Source: Anaeromyxobacteraceae bacterium
GTDB taxonomy: Bacteria; Myxococcota; Myxococcia; Myxococcales; Anaeromyxobacteraceae
Assembly (NCBI GenBank): GCA_047602405.1
Contig: JASGHJ010000002.1
Coordinates: forward strand, 3,584,001 to 3,648,000
Direction of reading: 5' to 3'
Length of the DNA stretch: 64,000 nucleotides
Numbering within the stretch: position 1 is the stretch's first letter; each line of letters opens with the position of its first letter. The notes beneath the pieces were generated by a model that was not told the DNA's origin, made no database searches, and worked only from the letters and a program-made list of their open reading frames with translations. Shown here in pieces: positions 9,308-19,900 of this stretch. Position numbers and translations under genes: made by a program.

Positions 9308-9517
9308 CTATTCCTTGACCACGAGCACGTGGATCGCCTTCACCACGAGCTTCACCGAGTCGCCCGGCTTCAGCGCGAGGTCCTCGGCGGACTCGACCGT
9401 CATGACCGACGCCATCCTCGCGGGCGCCGAGACGTCGAGCTTCACCTCGCACATGATGCTGCCCTTCTTCACCTCGGTGACCTTCGCCGTGAGCTGGTTG
9501 CGCGCGCCGTACTTCAT
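9308..9517 (-). CDS. mop: TOBE-domain molybdate/tungstate-binding protein (molbindin)
   Basis: GARNQLTAKVTEVKKG...SVMTVESAEDLALKPG...VVKA; 69 aa. Confidence 0.9.
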   Translation of the reverse strand: MKYGARNQLTAKVTEVKKGSIMCEVKLDVSAPARMASVMTVESAEDLALKPGDSVKLVVKAIHVLVVKE

Positions 9518-9563
9518 GGATGGCCTCCATTCGACAGCGGGGTGGATCCGCGAAGCATAAGCG

Positions 9564-10445
9564 TCATCCGTCGAGGATGCGCTCCTTTCCGGCGTAGACG
9601 TTCATCCCGGTCCCCCGGACGAAGGCCGCGAGCGTGAGGCCCGACTGGGTGGCGAGCTCCACCGCGAGCGACGTCGGCGCCGACACCGTGGCGACCACCG
9701 GGATCCGGGCCTTCGCGGCCTTCTGGACGATCTCGACGCCGGCGCGGGAGGAGACGGTGAGCATTCCCGGCTGCGGCACCGGCTGGCCCGCCCGCCGCGC
9801 CTCGAGCTGGGCGACGAGCAGCGCGCCCACCACCTTGTCGACCGCGTTGTGGCGGCCCACGTCCTCGTGGGCCGCGAGGAGCGCGCCGTCCCTCCCCCAC
9901 AGCGCCGCGACGTGCGCGCCGCCGGTGCGCTCGAAGACCGGCTGGTTCTCGCGCAGCCGGTCGATCCGCGCGGTGAGCTCGGAGGCCGCGACGGTGAAGC
10001 CCGGCTCCGGGCGCGGGAGATCGCAGAGGAGATCGGACACCGCCTGGCGTCCACAGACGCCGCACGCGGAGGAGGCCGCGAAGGGGCGGCGCGCGCCGTC
10101 GAGCCGGGAGAGGTCGAGCTTCGGCGAGGAGGACGGCGCCACCTCGACGAGGTTGCCGTAGCCCTCGTCGTCGGGCCGGCCGCAGTGGTAGACGGCGGCG
10201 ACGTCGTCGGCCGAGGCGATGATCCCCTCGGCGAACAGGAACCCGAGCGCGAGCTTCTCGTCGTCGCCCGGGGTCCGCATCAGCACGCCGACGGTCTCGC
10301 CTCCGACGCGGATCTCGAGCGGCTCCTCGACGGCCACGAGGTCGCGCGCGGCGCCCGGCGCGCGCCCCGGCGCGGCGCGGCCGCGGCGGAGCACGTCGAC
10401 CTCGGCGAGCCTCGCGCGCGGCGACGGCAGCCGCTCATCCGACAC
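9564..10445 (-). CDS. fdhD: Formate dehydrogenase accessory sulfurtransferase FdhD
   Basis: VEEPLEI, MRTPG, SSACGVCG, TGGAH, EDVGRHNAVDK, SAPTSLAV. Confidence 0.95.
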   Translation of the reverse strand: MSDERLPSPRARLAEVDVLRRGRAAPGRAPGAARDLVAVEEPLEIRVGGETVGVLMRTPGDDEKLALGFLFAEGIIASADDVAAVYHCGRPDDEGYGNLVEVAPSSSPKLDLSRLDGARRPFAASSACGVCGRQAVSDLLCDLPRPEPGFTVAASELTARIDRLRENQPVFERTGGAHVAALWGRDGALLAAHEDVGRHNAVDKVVGALLVAQLEARRAGQPVPQPGMLTVSSRAGVEIVQKAAKARIPVVATVSAPTSLAVELATQSGLTLAAFVRGTGMNVYAGKERILDG

Positions 10446-12405
10446 GGCGCGGACCTCCCGGGCCGGGCACGACGGCCCCGGAGTCCGGCCCGCCCGCGTC
10501 CGGCGTGCGCTTCACGGCGACCTGGTCGGTCACGACCTCGAACGCGCCGATCACGTGGCCGGCGGGGTCGCGCAGCGGCACCGCGGTGTAGAGCACGTGC
10601 AGGTCCAGCCCCTCGGGGTGGGCGTCGGTCTCGCTGTTGACCTCGCGGTCCTGGCGCATGGCCCGCGCGGCGGCGCAGCCGGCGGAGCGGCAGTCGCCCA
10701 TCCGGAACCCGTCGTAGCAGCGGGTCCCCACGAGCTCCGCCTGGGAGCGGCCGAGCAGCGTGGCCCCGGTCTGGTTCATGTAGCGGATGGTGAAGTCGGG
10801 CCCGATGATCATCGCCGGCGCCGGCATGACGTCCAGGTGGTGCACGAGCGTCTCGAGCGTGGCGTTCACGCCCTCGAGGGCCGCGCGGTACGCCCCCTGG
10901 AACGCCTCGGGCTTCGCGCGCTCGGAGAGCCGGCCCTCGACCGCGGCGTGGGCCAGGCGGTCCATCTCGGCGACGAGCCGGGTGAGCTCGCCCTTCGCGT
11001 CCTGGAAGCTGTGGGTGAGCTCGTCGTGCTCGCCGCGGGGCGCGACGTCCACCGAGAGCTCGCCCTTCGCGATGGCGTCCGCGCCGCGGGCGACGTCGTG
11101 CAGGTACGCGATGGTGCCGCGGAAGGCCTCGGCGAGCCGGCCAATCTCGTCCTTCGAGCGGAAGGTGACCTCCTGGCGGAGGTCGCCCTGGGAGATGCGC
11201 TCGGCCGCGAGCGCCATGTCCTCGAGCGGCGCGGCGAGCTTCCTCGCGCCGCCCCGCGCCGCCCAGATCGTCCCGAGGAGGAGCGCGAAGCCGATGGCCG
11301 CGACGAGGAGGAACGCGCCCGCGAGCGACGCCTGCATGCGGCGCAGCGCGCCGAGCGACTCCTCGTGGTCGAGCTCCGCCACGATCACCCAGTCCCAGGG
11401 CTGGAAGTCGATCGCCGCCGCGATGCGCTCGTGGGGCGGCCCCTTCTCGGCGGGCCGCGTGAACCGCACCTCCACCGTGCGATCGCGGGCGGCGATCGCC
11501 TTCTCGACGAGGTCCTTCACGTACGGCGTGCCCGAGGCGTCCCGCGCACCCCAGCCGTCGGTGCCGGCGACGACCCCGGCCGGCGGGATGAGGAACTTGC
11601 CGCGCTGGTTGCCGGTGCCGCCGAGGACGAACATCTCGCCGCTCGCGCCGAACCGGGAGTTCACCACGCCGCTCCGGATGCCCTCGAGCGCGTCCTGGCG
11701 GAGGCCCACGAACAGCATGCCGACCACCCGGCCGGTCGCGTCGCGCACCGGCTCGTAGCCGGAGAGGTGCCAGTTGTCGACCACGCGGGCGCGGCCGCGG
11801 TACGTCTCGCCGCGGAGCACGGTCGACACCACCGGGTTGGGCTCGCCGTCGGGGTCGACCGCGGGGATGTAGGTGGCGACGGCGCGGCCGCCCTCCCGCG
11901 GGTCGGGGACCGTGGTCGCGACGCGGAGCATGTCGCCCCGGTCGTTCATGCGCTGGAAGAGGGTCGACTCGGCGCCGACGAGCTCCTTCACGCGGTCGAC
12001 GAGCGGGCTCGGGCGGGCGAAGTCCTTGTTGACGGGGAGCGGCGTGCCGCCGAGGAGCACCCGGGGGAGCGAGACCTCGACGACCGAGCGGTCGAGCTGG
12101 TTCGTGGCCCGCCAGGTCACCTGCTCGGTGCGGGAGAACCCGAAGCCGCCGAGCTGGTCCACCTGGTCGTGCATGACGCGCAGGCTGCGGGGCACCTGAT
12201 CCCAGAGGCCCTGGTGCGTCGCCTCGCAGAGGGTGCGCACGTCGCGGGCCGCGCGCGCGACGCCGTCGCGGGCGAGCGCGCCCATCCCCTCCTCGACCAT
12301 CGACTCCATCCGGCCGCGCTGCGTCGCGAAGACCGCGAGCACCGCCGCCACGAGCAGCGCCGTGGGGGCGAGCGCCACGACCAGGATCTTCTGGCGGAGC
12401 GGCAT
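10435..12405 (-). CDS. Membrane sensor TM-Cache(3/2 fusion)-TM-HAMP-HAMP-PAS lacking a methyl-accepting or kinase output domain
   Basis: TLFQRMNDRGDMLRVATTV...YRGRARVV (Cache_3-Cache_2-like), DEIGRLAEAF HAMP, C-terminal PAS; overlaps the fdhD start. Confidence 0.8.
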   Translation of the reverse strand: MPLRQKILVVALAPTALLVAAVLAVFATQRGRMESMVEEGMGALARDGVARAARDVRTLCEATHQGLWDQVPRSLRVMHDQVDQLGGFGFSRTEQVTWRATNQLDRSVVEVSLPRVLLGGTPLPVNKDFARPSPLVDRVKELVGAESTLFQRMNDRGDMLRVATTVPDPREGGRAVATYIPAVDPDGEPNPVVSTVLRGETYRGRARVVDNWHLSGYEPVRDATGRVVGMLFVGLRQDALEGIRSGVVNSRFGASGEMFVLGGTGNQRGKFLIPPAGVVAGTDGWGARDASGTPYVKDLVEKAIAARDRTVEVRFTRPAEKGPPHERIAAAIDFQPWDWVIVAELDHEESLGALRRMQASLAGAFLLVAAIGFALLLGTIWAARGGARKLAAPLEDMALAAERISQGDLRQEVTFRSKDEIGRLAEAFRGTIAYLHDVARGADAIAKGELSVDVAPRGEHDELTHSFQDAKGELTRLVAEMDRLAHAAVEGRLSERAKPEAFQGAYRAALEGVNATLETLVHHLDVMPAPAMIIGPDFTIRYMNQTGATLLGRSQAELVGTRCYDGFRMGDCRSAGCAAARAMRQDREVNSETDAHPEGLDLHVLYTAVPLRDPAGHVIGAFEVVTDQVAVKRTPDAGGPDSGAVVPGPGGPRRVG

Positions 12406-12511
12406 GTCCTTCGCGAACTGTCTCGGCACGGGGCGCACCTCCGGACACGCCCGGTATACCTCAGCGCTCGGGCCTTGAGCACCCCGGCCCTCCCCGGTGT
12501 AACCTCCGGCC

Positions 12512-14503
12512 GTGATCTCCGCTTCCCCCACCGCGACGCTCCGCCGGCGGCTGGACGTCGTGTGGGAGCGGTTCGTCGCGAGCGGGGAGATCGAGGGGGC
12601 GCGGCCGGAGATCGCCCGCTCCTGGCGCCGGGTGCGGGAGCTCGAGCTCGACGACGGCCTGCCCCGGGCGCCGTCGGTGGCGGCTCCGGAGCTCGCGCGC
12701 CGCACCGCGCTCGACGAGGTGCTGTGGGTCGCCCGCCCGGTCCTCGGCGAGGCCGCCGAGCGGCTCCGGCAGAAGGGCTCGCTCGTCGGCTGGGCGGATC
12801 CGGAGGGCTGCGTCCTGTGGCTCGACGGCGACCCCGACGCGCTCGACGCGGCGAGAGAGATCAACCTCGGGCCCGGCGGGACCTGGGGAGAGGCGATCGC
12901 GGGCACGAACGGGATCGGCACCGCCATCGCGGACCGCGCGCCGGTCGAGGTGGTCGCCTCCGAGCACCTCGTGCGCGCCTGGCAGCGCTGGCGCACCGCC
13001 GGGGCGCCGGTGCTCACGCCGTCGGTCGCCGGCCCGGTGGGCGTCGTGGTCGTCGCGGGCGGGTGGGACGCGCCGGAGCCGCAGGGCGCCCCGCTCGCCG
13101 CCGCGCTCGCCGCCGCGATCTCCGAGCGCCTCCGCACCCGGGCCGCCGTGCGCGACGCGCTGGTGCGGCACGCGCTCCGGGCCGCCCGCGACACCGGCGA
13201 CGCGCTCGTGGTGCTCGACGCGCGCGGGGCGGTGCTCCACCAGAACGAGGCCGCCCGCGAGGCCCTGCCGCTCGAGCGGGGCGAGACCCCGCGCGGCGTG
13301 CGCGAGCGGCTCGTCGCGGCGCTGTCGGGGCCGGGGCAGCCGGCCGACGAGCTCGTGCTCGACTGGCCCGCGGGGTCCGGCGAGGAGAAGCACCGCGTGC
13401 TCGCCTCGATCGAGGCGCTCGACGGCCGGCCGCTCGCCGCGTTCGTGCGCGTGCCCCGCCGCGCGAGCGGGGCCGCCGTCGCGCCGGCGCCCGCCGCCGG
13501 CGCCGCCCGCCAGCGCCCGGTCGCGCGCTACGCCTTCGGCAACCTCGCCGGCCGGTCCGACCGGCTGCGCGCCGCCATCACGCTCGCCGAGGGCGCGGCC
13601 CACAACGACCTCCCGGTCGTGCTGCAGGGCGAGTCCGGCACCGGCAAGGAGCTCTTCGCCCACGGCATCCACGCCGCGAGCGACCGCGCCGCGGCGCCGT
13701 TCGTGGCCGTGAACTGCGGGGCCATCCCCGCGCCGCTCGTCGAGGCGGAGCTCTTCGGCTACGAGCCCGGCACCTTCACCGGCGGCCAGAAGGAGGGCCG
13801 CGCCGGGAAGCTCGAGGAGGCGCACGGCGGCACGCTCTTCCTCGACGAGGTGACGGAGCTGCCCCTCCCCGCGCAGACCGCGCTCCTCCGCGTGCTGCAG
13901 GAGGGCGAGGTCACCCGCCTCGGCGGCAGCCGCCCGCGCCGGGTCGAGGTGCGCATCGTGGCCGCGACGAACCGCGACCTCGCCGGCGAGGTCGCCGCGG
14001 GCCGGTTCCGCCAGGACCTCTTCTTCCGGCTCTCGGTGCTCCACCTCGACGTGCCGCCGCTCCGCGAGCGCGCCGGCGACGTCTCGTTCCTCGCGACCGT
14101 CTTCCTCGACGAGGCGGCCCGCCGCGTCGGCCGCGGCCCGCTCAGCCTCTCGCCCGCCGCGCTCGAGAAGCTCGAGGCGCACGGCTGGCCCGGCAACGTC
14201 CGCGAGCTCAAGAACGCCGTCATGCGCGCCGCCGCCGTCGCGGCGAGCGAGGTGATCGGGCCGGACGACCTCCGGCTCGTGGACCTCAGGCCGTCGCGCC
14301 CGTCCGTGGCGGCCCCCGCGTCGCCGGCCTCCCCGCTGCCCGCCGACGGCCCCGCCGCGGACCCCGAGGGCGGCCCGGGCAAGGACGAGCTCGTCGCCGC
14401 GCTCGAGGCCTGCGGCTGGAACATCGCCCGCACCGCGACGACGCTCGGCGTGTCGCGGATGACGCTGTACCGGCGGCTCCGGCGGTTCGGGATCACGCGG
14501 TAG
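12512..14503 (+). CDS. Sigma54-dependent activator, GAF-AAA+-Fis HTH (AcoR-like)
   Basis: GTNGIGTA GAF, GESGTGKE, GTFTG (GAFTGA variant), LFLDEV, WPGNVREL, C-terminal HTH. Confidence 0.92.
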   Translation: MISASPTATLRRRLDVVWERFVASGEIEGARPEIARSWRRVRELELDDGLPRAPSVAAPELARRTALDEVLWVARPVLGEAAERLRQKGSLVGWADPEGCVLWLDGDPDALDAAREINLGPGGTWGEAIAGTNGIGTAIADRAPVEVVASEHLVRAWQRWRTAGAPVLTPSVAGPVGVVVVAGGWDAPEPQGAPLAAALAAAISERLRTRAAVRDALVRHALRAARDTGDALVVLDARGAVLHQNEAAREALPLERGETPRGVRERLVAALSGPGQPADELVLDWPAGSGEEKHRVLASIEALDGRPLAAFVRVPRRASGAAVAPAPAAGAARQRPVARYAFGNLAGRSDRLRAAITLAEGAAHNDLPVVLQGESGTGKELFAHGIHAASDRAAAPFVAVNCGAIPAPLVEAELFGYEPGTFTGGQKEGRAGKLEEAHGGTLFLDEVTELPLPAQTALLRVLQEGEVTRLGGSRPRRVEVRIVAATNRDLAGEVAAGRFRQDLFFRLSVLHLDVPPLRERAGDVSFLATVFLDEAARRVGRGPLSLSPAALEKLEAHGWPGNVRELKNAVMRAAAVAASEVIGPDDLRLVDLRPSRPSVAAPASPASPLPADGPAADPEGGPGKDELVAALEACGWNIARTATTLGVSRMTLYRRLRRFGITR

Positions 14504-14688
14504 GCGCGGGCCCCGGAGATCACCCGTTGACCTCCGCGCGGGGCCTGCCCCGCCGCGTACACCCACGGACCTCGGCGGGTCCGGCCCCGAAAAGGCTGGC
14601 CGGCGCCGAGATCACCCTGCGTGGAACGTGGTCGGATGTGGGGACTCCCTGCTCCCTCGCCCCGGGAAGCAGCGGGAGGGAGGCCGAC

Positions 14689-16674
14689 ATGGCCCGGTCC
14701 ACGCTCCTCGCCGCGAGCTTCGCCGCGGTGTTCGCCGTCGCGCTCTCCGCGTGCGACGCCCCCGCCACCTCGAGCGAGGCCGCCAGCGCCCAGCCGCCCG
14801 GGCCGTCCTTGCTCCTGCCGCCCGGCTGCCCCGCGCCGACGAACGACGTCACGCTCGACATGGAGCTCGGCGTGCCGCTCCTCTACCCGGAGCTGAAGCT
14901 CTTCAACGTGTTCTGGGGAGAGCACTGGGACGACAACCCGGCCAACTTCAAGCGCGCCGACGTGGACCAGGCGCTGCGCGACGTGGTCGCCTCGCCGTAC
15001 TTCGACCGGCTCTGCCAGTACGGCGTGCCGCAGCCGAGCTTCGAGGGCAGCTCCGACACCGACGGCCTCATCTACCCCTGCGCGCGCAGCCCGGGCGCCA
15101 CCACCTCGACGCCGGCGATCTTCGGCTACATGAGCTGCGCGGAGTACTCGACCATCGCGACCGGCGTGCCGCTCGCGATCGGCGCGCCCAACCCGGGCTG
15201 CATCGCCTGCAGCGGGCTCCCCGTCGACTGCGCGAACCCGGTGACCCTGCCCGCCGAGCCCTTCTGCCTCGCGACGCCGAACCCGACCGGCAACCGCGTC
15301 TACGTGGTGCTCCTGCCGAAGGGGACGATCATCGACGACTTCGGCTCGCGCTCCTGCACGAACTACGGCGCGTACCACTTCCAGATCCCCTCGCGCGCGG
15401 TGTTCCAGCCCTTCCCGCCGTTCGTGATCCCGGGCACCCAGGGGCGGCCGCTGAACCTCGCCGTCATCCCGACCGAGTGCTACCCGACGCTCGCCGACCT
15501 CGTCACCGCCATCACGCACGAGGTGGTCGAGGCGGCGACCGATCCGCTGCCGCTCGCGCACTGGCTCGACACCTCGAGCGCGAGCCCGGGCGGGGTGTTC
15601 GACATCACGCACATCGGCTCGCTCTTCACGGACGGCGAGGCCGCCGACATCTGCCAGAACCAGGGCTTCACCCAGACGCCGCTCACCGGCTCGACCGGGC
15701 TCGCGATCGGCGTCGCGCCCTACTGGTCGAACGCGGACAACGCGTGCGTCTCGATCGACGCGACGCCGCCCGTCACCGTCGCGAGCGCAGCCCCGCCGCC
15801 GACGCTCTCCGGCTGGAACGCGGGCGACGTGACGGTGACGCTCACCGCCACCGACCCGGGCACGCCGGCCTCCGGGGTGAAGGAGATCGTGCACGCGGCG
15901 ACCGGCGCGCAGCCGATCCCGGCGACGGTGGTGCCGGGCGCCGTGGACGCGGTGACCTTCACGGCCGAGGGGTCGAGCCACCTCACCTTCCACGCGGTGG
16001 ACCAGGCCGGGAACGTCGAGGCGGAGCACGGCCTCGACGTGCGGATCGACCGGACGCCGCCGGTGGTGGCCTGGACCGGCAACGCCGGCACCTACACGGC
16101 GGACGCGACCGTCGCGCTCGGCTGCAGCGCCACCGACGCGCTCTCGGGGGTCGCGAGCACGACCTGCGTGAACGTCTCCGCCCCCGCCTGGACGTTCGGC
16201 CCCGGGCCGCACACCGTGACCGCCTCGGCGAGCGACCGCGCCGGCAACACGGCGAGCGCGAGCGCCACCTTCACGGTCGCGGCGACCGCGACCTCGCTGT
16301 GCACGCTCGCGAAGGCGCTCTCGAGCGAACCGAGGACCGCCGACCGCCTCTGCTGCCTCCTCGCGCGCATCGACCGCGCGCGGTGCTGCCGCCAGCAGGC
16401 CCACGCGGTGGAGATGGTGCGCGAGGAGCTGTGCGAGGAGGCGGGCGACGCGTTCACCGAGGCGGAGGCCGCCGCCCTCGACGCGTTCGCGGCGACGCTC
16501 GCGCCCGCGAGCTGCTCGGAGAAGCCGCGGCCCAACGGCGACGACGAGCACGGCGACGACGCGCAGGCCGGCGGGGACAAGGACTCCTGCGGGCGGGCCC
16601 GCGGTCAGGGCTTCGCGCTCGCGTCCGGCCAGGGCGGCGAGCACCGCGACCGCTGCCAGCCCGGGCACCCGTAG
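14689..16674 (+). CDS. Cys-rich lipoprotein with HExxExxTDP (PHI-1/EXORDIUM-like) domain and Ig-like repeats
   Basis: Lipobox LSAC; THEVVEAATDP...GEAADIC...YWSNADNAC; repeats D.TPP...A.D..SGV...A.D.AGN. Confidence 0.65.
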   Translation: MARSTLLAASFAAVFAVALSACDAPATSSEAASAQPPGPSLLLPPGCPAPTNDVTLDMELGVPLLYPELKLFNVFWGEHWDDNPANFKRADVDQALRDVVASPYFDRLCQYGVPQPSFEGSSDTDGLIYPCARSPGATTSTPAIFGYMSCAEYSTIATGVPLAIGAPNPGCIACSGLPVDCANPVTLPAEPFCLATPNPTGNRVYVVLLPKGTIIDDFGSRSCTNYGAYHFQIPSRAVFQPFPPFVIPGTQGRPLNLAVIPTECYPTLADLVTAITHEVVEAATDPLPLAHWLDTSSASPGGVFDITHIGSLFTDGEAADICQNQGFTQTPLTGSTGLAIGVAPYWSNADNACVSIDATPPVTVASAAPPPTLSGWNAGDVTVTLTATDPGTPASGVKEIVHAATGAQPIPATVVPGAVDAVTFTAEGSSHLTFHAVDQAGNVEAEHGLDVRIDRTPPVVAWTGNAGTYTADATVALGCSATDALSGVASTTCVNVSAPAWTFGPGPHTVTASASDRAGNTASASATFTVAATATSLCTLAKALSSEPRTADRLCCLLARIDRARCCRQQAHAVEMVREELCEEAGDAFTEAEAAALDAFAATLAPASCSEKPRPNGDDEHGDDAQAGGDKDSCGRARGQGFALASGQGGEHRDRCQPGHP

Positions 16675-16734
16675 CGGCTGTCACACCCCGACGGCTGGGA
16701 CATGTCACAGGGCTCCTGTGACACGTGACAGCCG
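16675..16734. promoter_or_regulatory. Nested TGTCAC/GTGACA inverted repeats (candidate activator sites)
   Basis: CGGCTGTCAC...GTGACAGCCG outer repeat and TGTCACAG-GGCTC-CTGTGACA inner repeat, ~120-170 bp upstream of a sigma54 motif. Confidence 0.5.
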
Positions 16735-16847
16735 TCGGGCCGACGCGCACTGCGTCGTGCGCATCCGCTGCGCGACCTCGGACCAGCTTCCGACCCCCGC
16801 GCACGTTCCGCGGCTGCCCTCACAGGTCCACTTCTGGTGATCGGCCG

Positions 16848-16863
16848 GGGCAGGCTTCTTGCT
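16848..16863 (+). promoter_or_regulatory. Sigma54 (-24/-12) promoter of the fdh operon
   Basis: GGGCAGGCTTCTTGCT: GG-N10-GC with TTGCT. Confidence 0.65.
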
Positions 16864-16978
16864 CAAGGGCCCGGCGCTGCGATCCGCATCATCGCAAGGA
16901 TCCACAGGGTTGATCGAGGTCAACCGCCGGACGCGCAGGGCGCCGGCGGTCCATTCGCCGAAGCACAGGAGGAGTCGC

Positions 16979-19900
16979 ATGACGGTCGGAAGGCGAAGCT
17001 GGTTCAAGAATCACGGCGGCGGGAGGCGCCGGGCTCGCGTTGACCGAGCTCGGGCTCAAGCCGGCCGAGGTGCAGGCCGCGACGAAGCGCTCGAAGCTCG
17101 TGGGGGTCCAGGAGTTCACGACCGCCTGCAACTTCTGCTCGTGCGGTTGCGGCATGGTCGCCCACGTGAAGGACGGCAAGCTCGTCAACCTCGAGGGCGA
17201 CCCCGACCACATCATCAACGAGGGCTCGCTCTGCTCGAAGGGCGCCGCGATGAAGGCGACCCACGAGAACCCGATGCGGCTCCAGAAGCCGCGCTACCGC
17301 GCGCCGGGCGCCACCTCCTGGACCGAGATCACCTGGGACGAGGCGTTCGAGAAGATCGCGAAGAAGATGAAGCAGGTCCGCGACACGAACTGGATCGCGA
17401 CCGAGAAGGACAAGGACGCGGACGGCAACGAGGTCGAGTACCCGGTGAACCGCACCGAGGCGATGGGCTTCCTCGGCGGCGCGCAGAACACCAACGAGGA
17501 GTGCTACCTCATCGCCAAGATGGGCCGGCTGCTGGGCACGCCGCTCATCGAGCACCAGGCTCGACTTTGACACAGCCCCACCGTCCCCAGTCTGGGGGCA
17601 TCGTTCGGCCGTGGCGCGATGACGAACCACTGGCTCGATCTGCAGCACTCGAAGGTCTTCCTGATCGCCGGATCCAACGCCGCCGAGAACCACGTGATGG
17701 CGATGAAGTGGGTCCAGAAGGCGCGCGCCAAGGGCGCGAAGATCATCCACGTCGATCCCCGCTTCACCCGCACGAGCGCGATGGCCGACGTCTACGCGCG
17801 CATCCGTCCGGGCACGGACATCGCCTACCTCGGCGCGATGATCTCGTACCTCATCGAGAAGAAGCTCTATGACGAGGCGTACGTCTCCGAGAACACCAAC
17901 GCGCTCTTCCTGACGAAGGACGAGTACAAGTTCGAGGACGGCCTCTTCTCCGGCTTCAACGGCGAGACGCACAAGTACGACAACGCGTCCTGGGGCTACG
18001 ACCTCGATCCGAAGACGCACCTGCCGAAGAAGGCCGCGTCGCTCGACGATCCGAAGTGCGTCCTCCAGCGCGTCCGGCAGCACTTCTCCCGCTACACGTT
18101 CGACACGGCGAGCGAGAATCTTCCGGCATCCCGGCCGACCAGATCAAGCTCATCGCCGACACGATGGCGGCGAACAAGCCGGGCACGATCATGTACGCGC
18201 TCGGCATGACCCAGCACACCACCGGCGTGCAGGGCATCCGCTGCTACCCGATCATCCAGCTGCTCCTCGGCAACATCGGCGTCGTCGGCGGCGGCGTGAA
18301 CGCGCTCCGCGGCGAGCCGAACGTGCAGGGCGCCTGCGACATGTCCGTGCTGTACGACTACTTCACGGGCTACGTCGCGGCTCCGAACCACGACCTGCCG
18401 ACGCTCGAGGCCTTCACGAAGAAGTACGGCACGTTCCGCGCGAAGTTCGTCGTGAACGCGCTCAAGGCCTGGTTCGGCGACGCGGCGACGCCCGAGAACG
18501 ACTTCATGTACGGGTCGCTGCTCAAGAAGAGCGGGAAGAAGAACTACTCGGTCTTCCGCATGCTCGAGACGGCGTACGAGGGGAAGATGAAGCTCCTCTA
18601 CGTCATGGGCCAGAACCCGATGGTCACGAACCCGAACCTGAAGCTGGTCGGGCAGTCGCTGGCCAAGCTCGAGATGCTGGTGGTCCAGGATCTCTGGGAG
18701 ACGGAGACCGCCGCGTTCTGGCAGGCCCCGGGCCTCGACCCGAAGGCCATCCAGACCGAGGTGATCGCGCTCCCGGCCGCCTACTTCATGGAGAAGGAAG
18801 GCACCATCTCCGGCTCCGGCCGCCTGGTGCAGTGGCGGTACGAGGCGGTGAAGCCGCCGGGAGAGGCGAAGAACGACCTCGAGATCATCGACACGCTCTT
18901 CAAGAAGGTCCGGGCCCTCTACCAGGACTCGACCGACCCGAAGGACGCGGTGATCAAGCAGGCCGTGTGGGCCTACTCCGAGAAGTCCCGCGCCGAGGAC
19001 GTGCTCCGCGAGATCAGCGGGCGCGTCTGGAAGGAGGTCACCCTCCCCGACGGCAAGGTGCTCAAGGCCGGCGACATGATCGGCGGCATCGGCCAGCTCC
19101 AGGGCGACGGCTCGACCTCGTCGGGCTCCTGGATCTACGCCGGCATCTTCGGCGGCGGGAAGAACCTCTCGAAGCGCCGTGACAACAAGACCGACCCGTC
19201 GAAGCTGGGCATCTACCCCGGCTTCGCCTGGACCTGGCCGGGCAACATGCACGTCCTCTACAACCGCGCGTCCTGCGGCGTGGACGGCAAGCCGCGCCCC
19301 GGCGTCATCCCGGTCGTGTGGTGGGACGAGAAGGACAAGAAGTGGAAGGGCCATGACACGCCCGACGTGCCGGTGCCCACCGACGGCCCCGACACCGAGA
19401 ACGGCCAGCGCCCGTTCCGCATGACCGCGGAGGCGGTCGGCCGGCTCTTCGCCGCGCCGTACAAGCACCCGGACATGAAGCTCCTCAAGGAGAAGAAGAA
19501 GGAGCTGCCCCGCGACTCGTCGAGCGTCCTCGGCGACGGCCCGCTGCCGGAGTTCTACGAGCCGGTGGAGAGCCCCTGCGAGAACGTGCTGCACCCGAAG
19601 GTCGCGTCCAACCCGGTGCTGAAGTACCCGCGCATCCCGGCGCTGCAGCCCATCGGCAAGAAGAGCGACTTCCCCTACGTGCTCTCGACGGCCTCGATGA
19701 CCGAGCACTGGTGCGCGGGCTCCACGACGCGCAACGTGCCCTGGCTCAACGAGCTCGCGCCCGAGCCGTGGGTGGAGCTGCCCGAGAAGCTCGCCCAGGA
19801 GAAGCAGATCAAGACGGGCGACAAGGTGAAGGTGTGGTCGGCGCGCGGCGAGGTGACGGTGAAGGCCCGCGTGACGAAGCGCATGGAGGTGCTGCGGATC

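Noticed and set aside
10219..16674. 2151-aa ORF and other very long ORFs (e.g. 24662-30217, 29401-33960)
   Set aside because: High-GC shadow frames; only the 3' part from 14689 of the first has protein-like sequence
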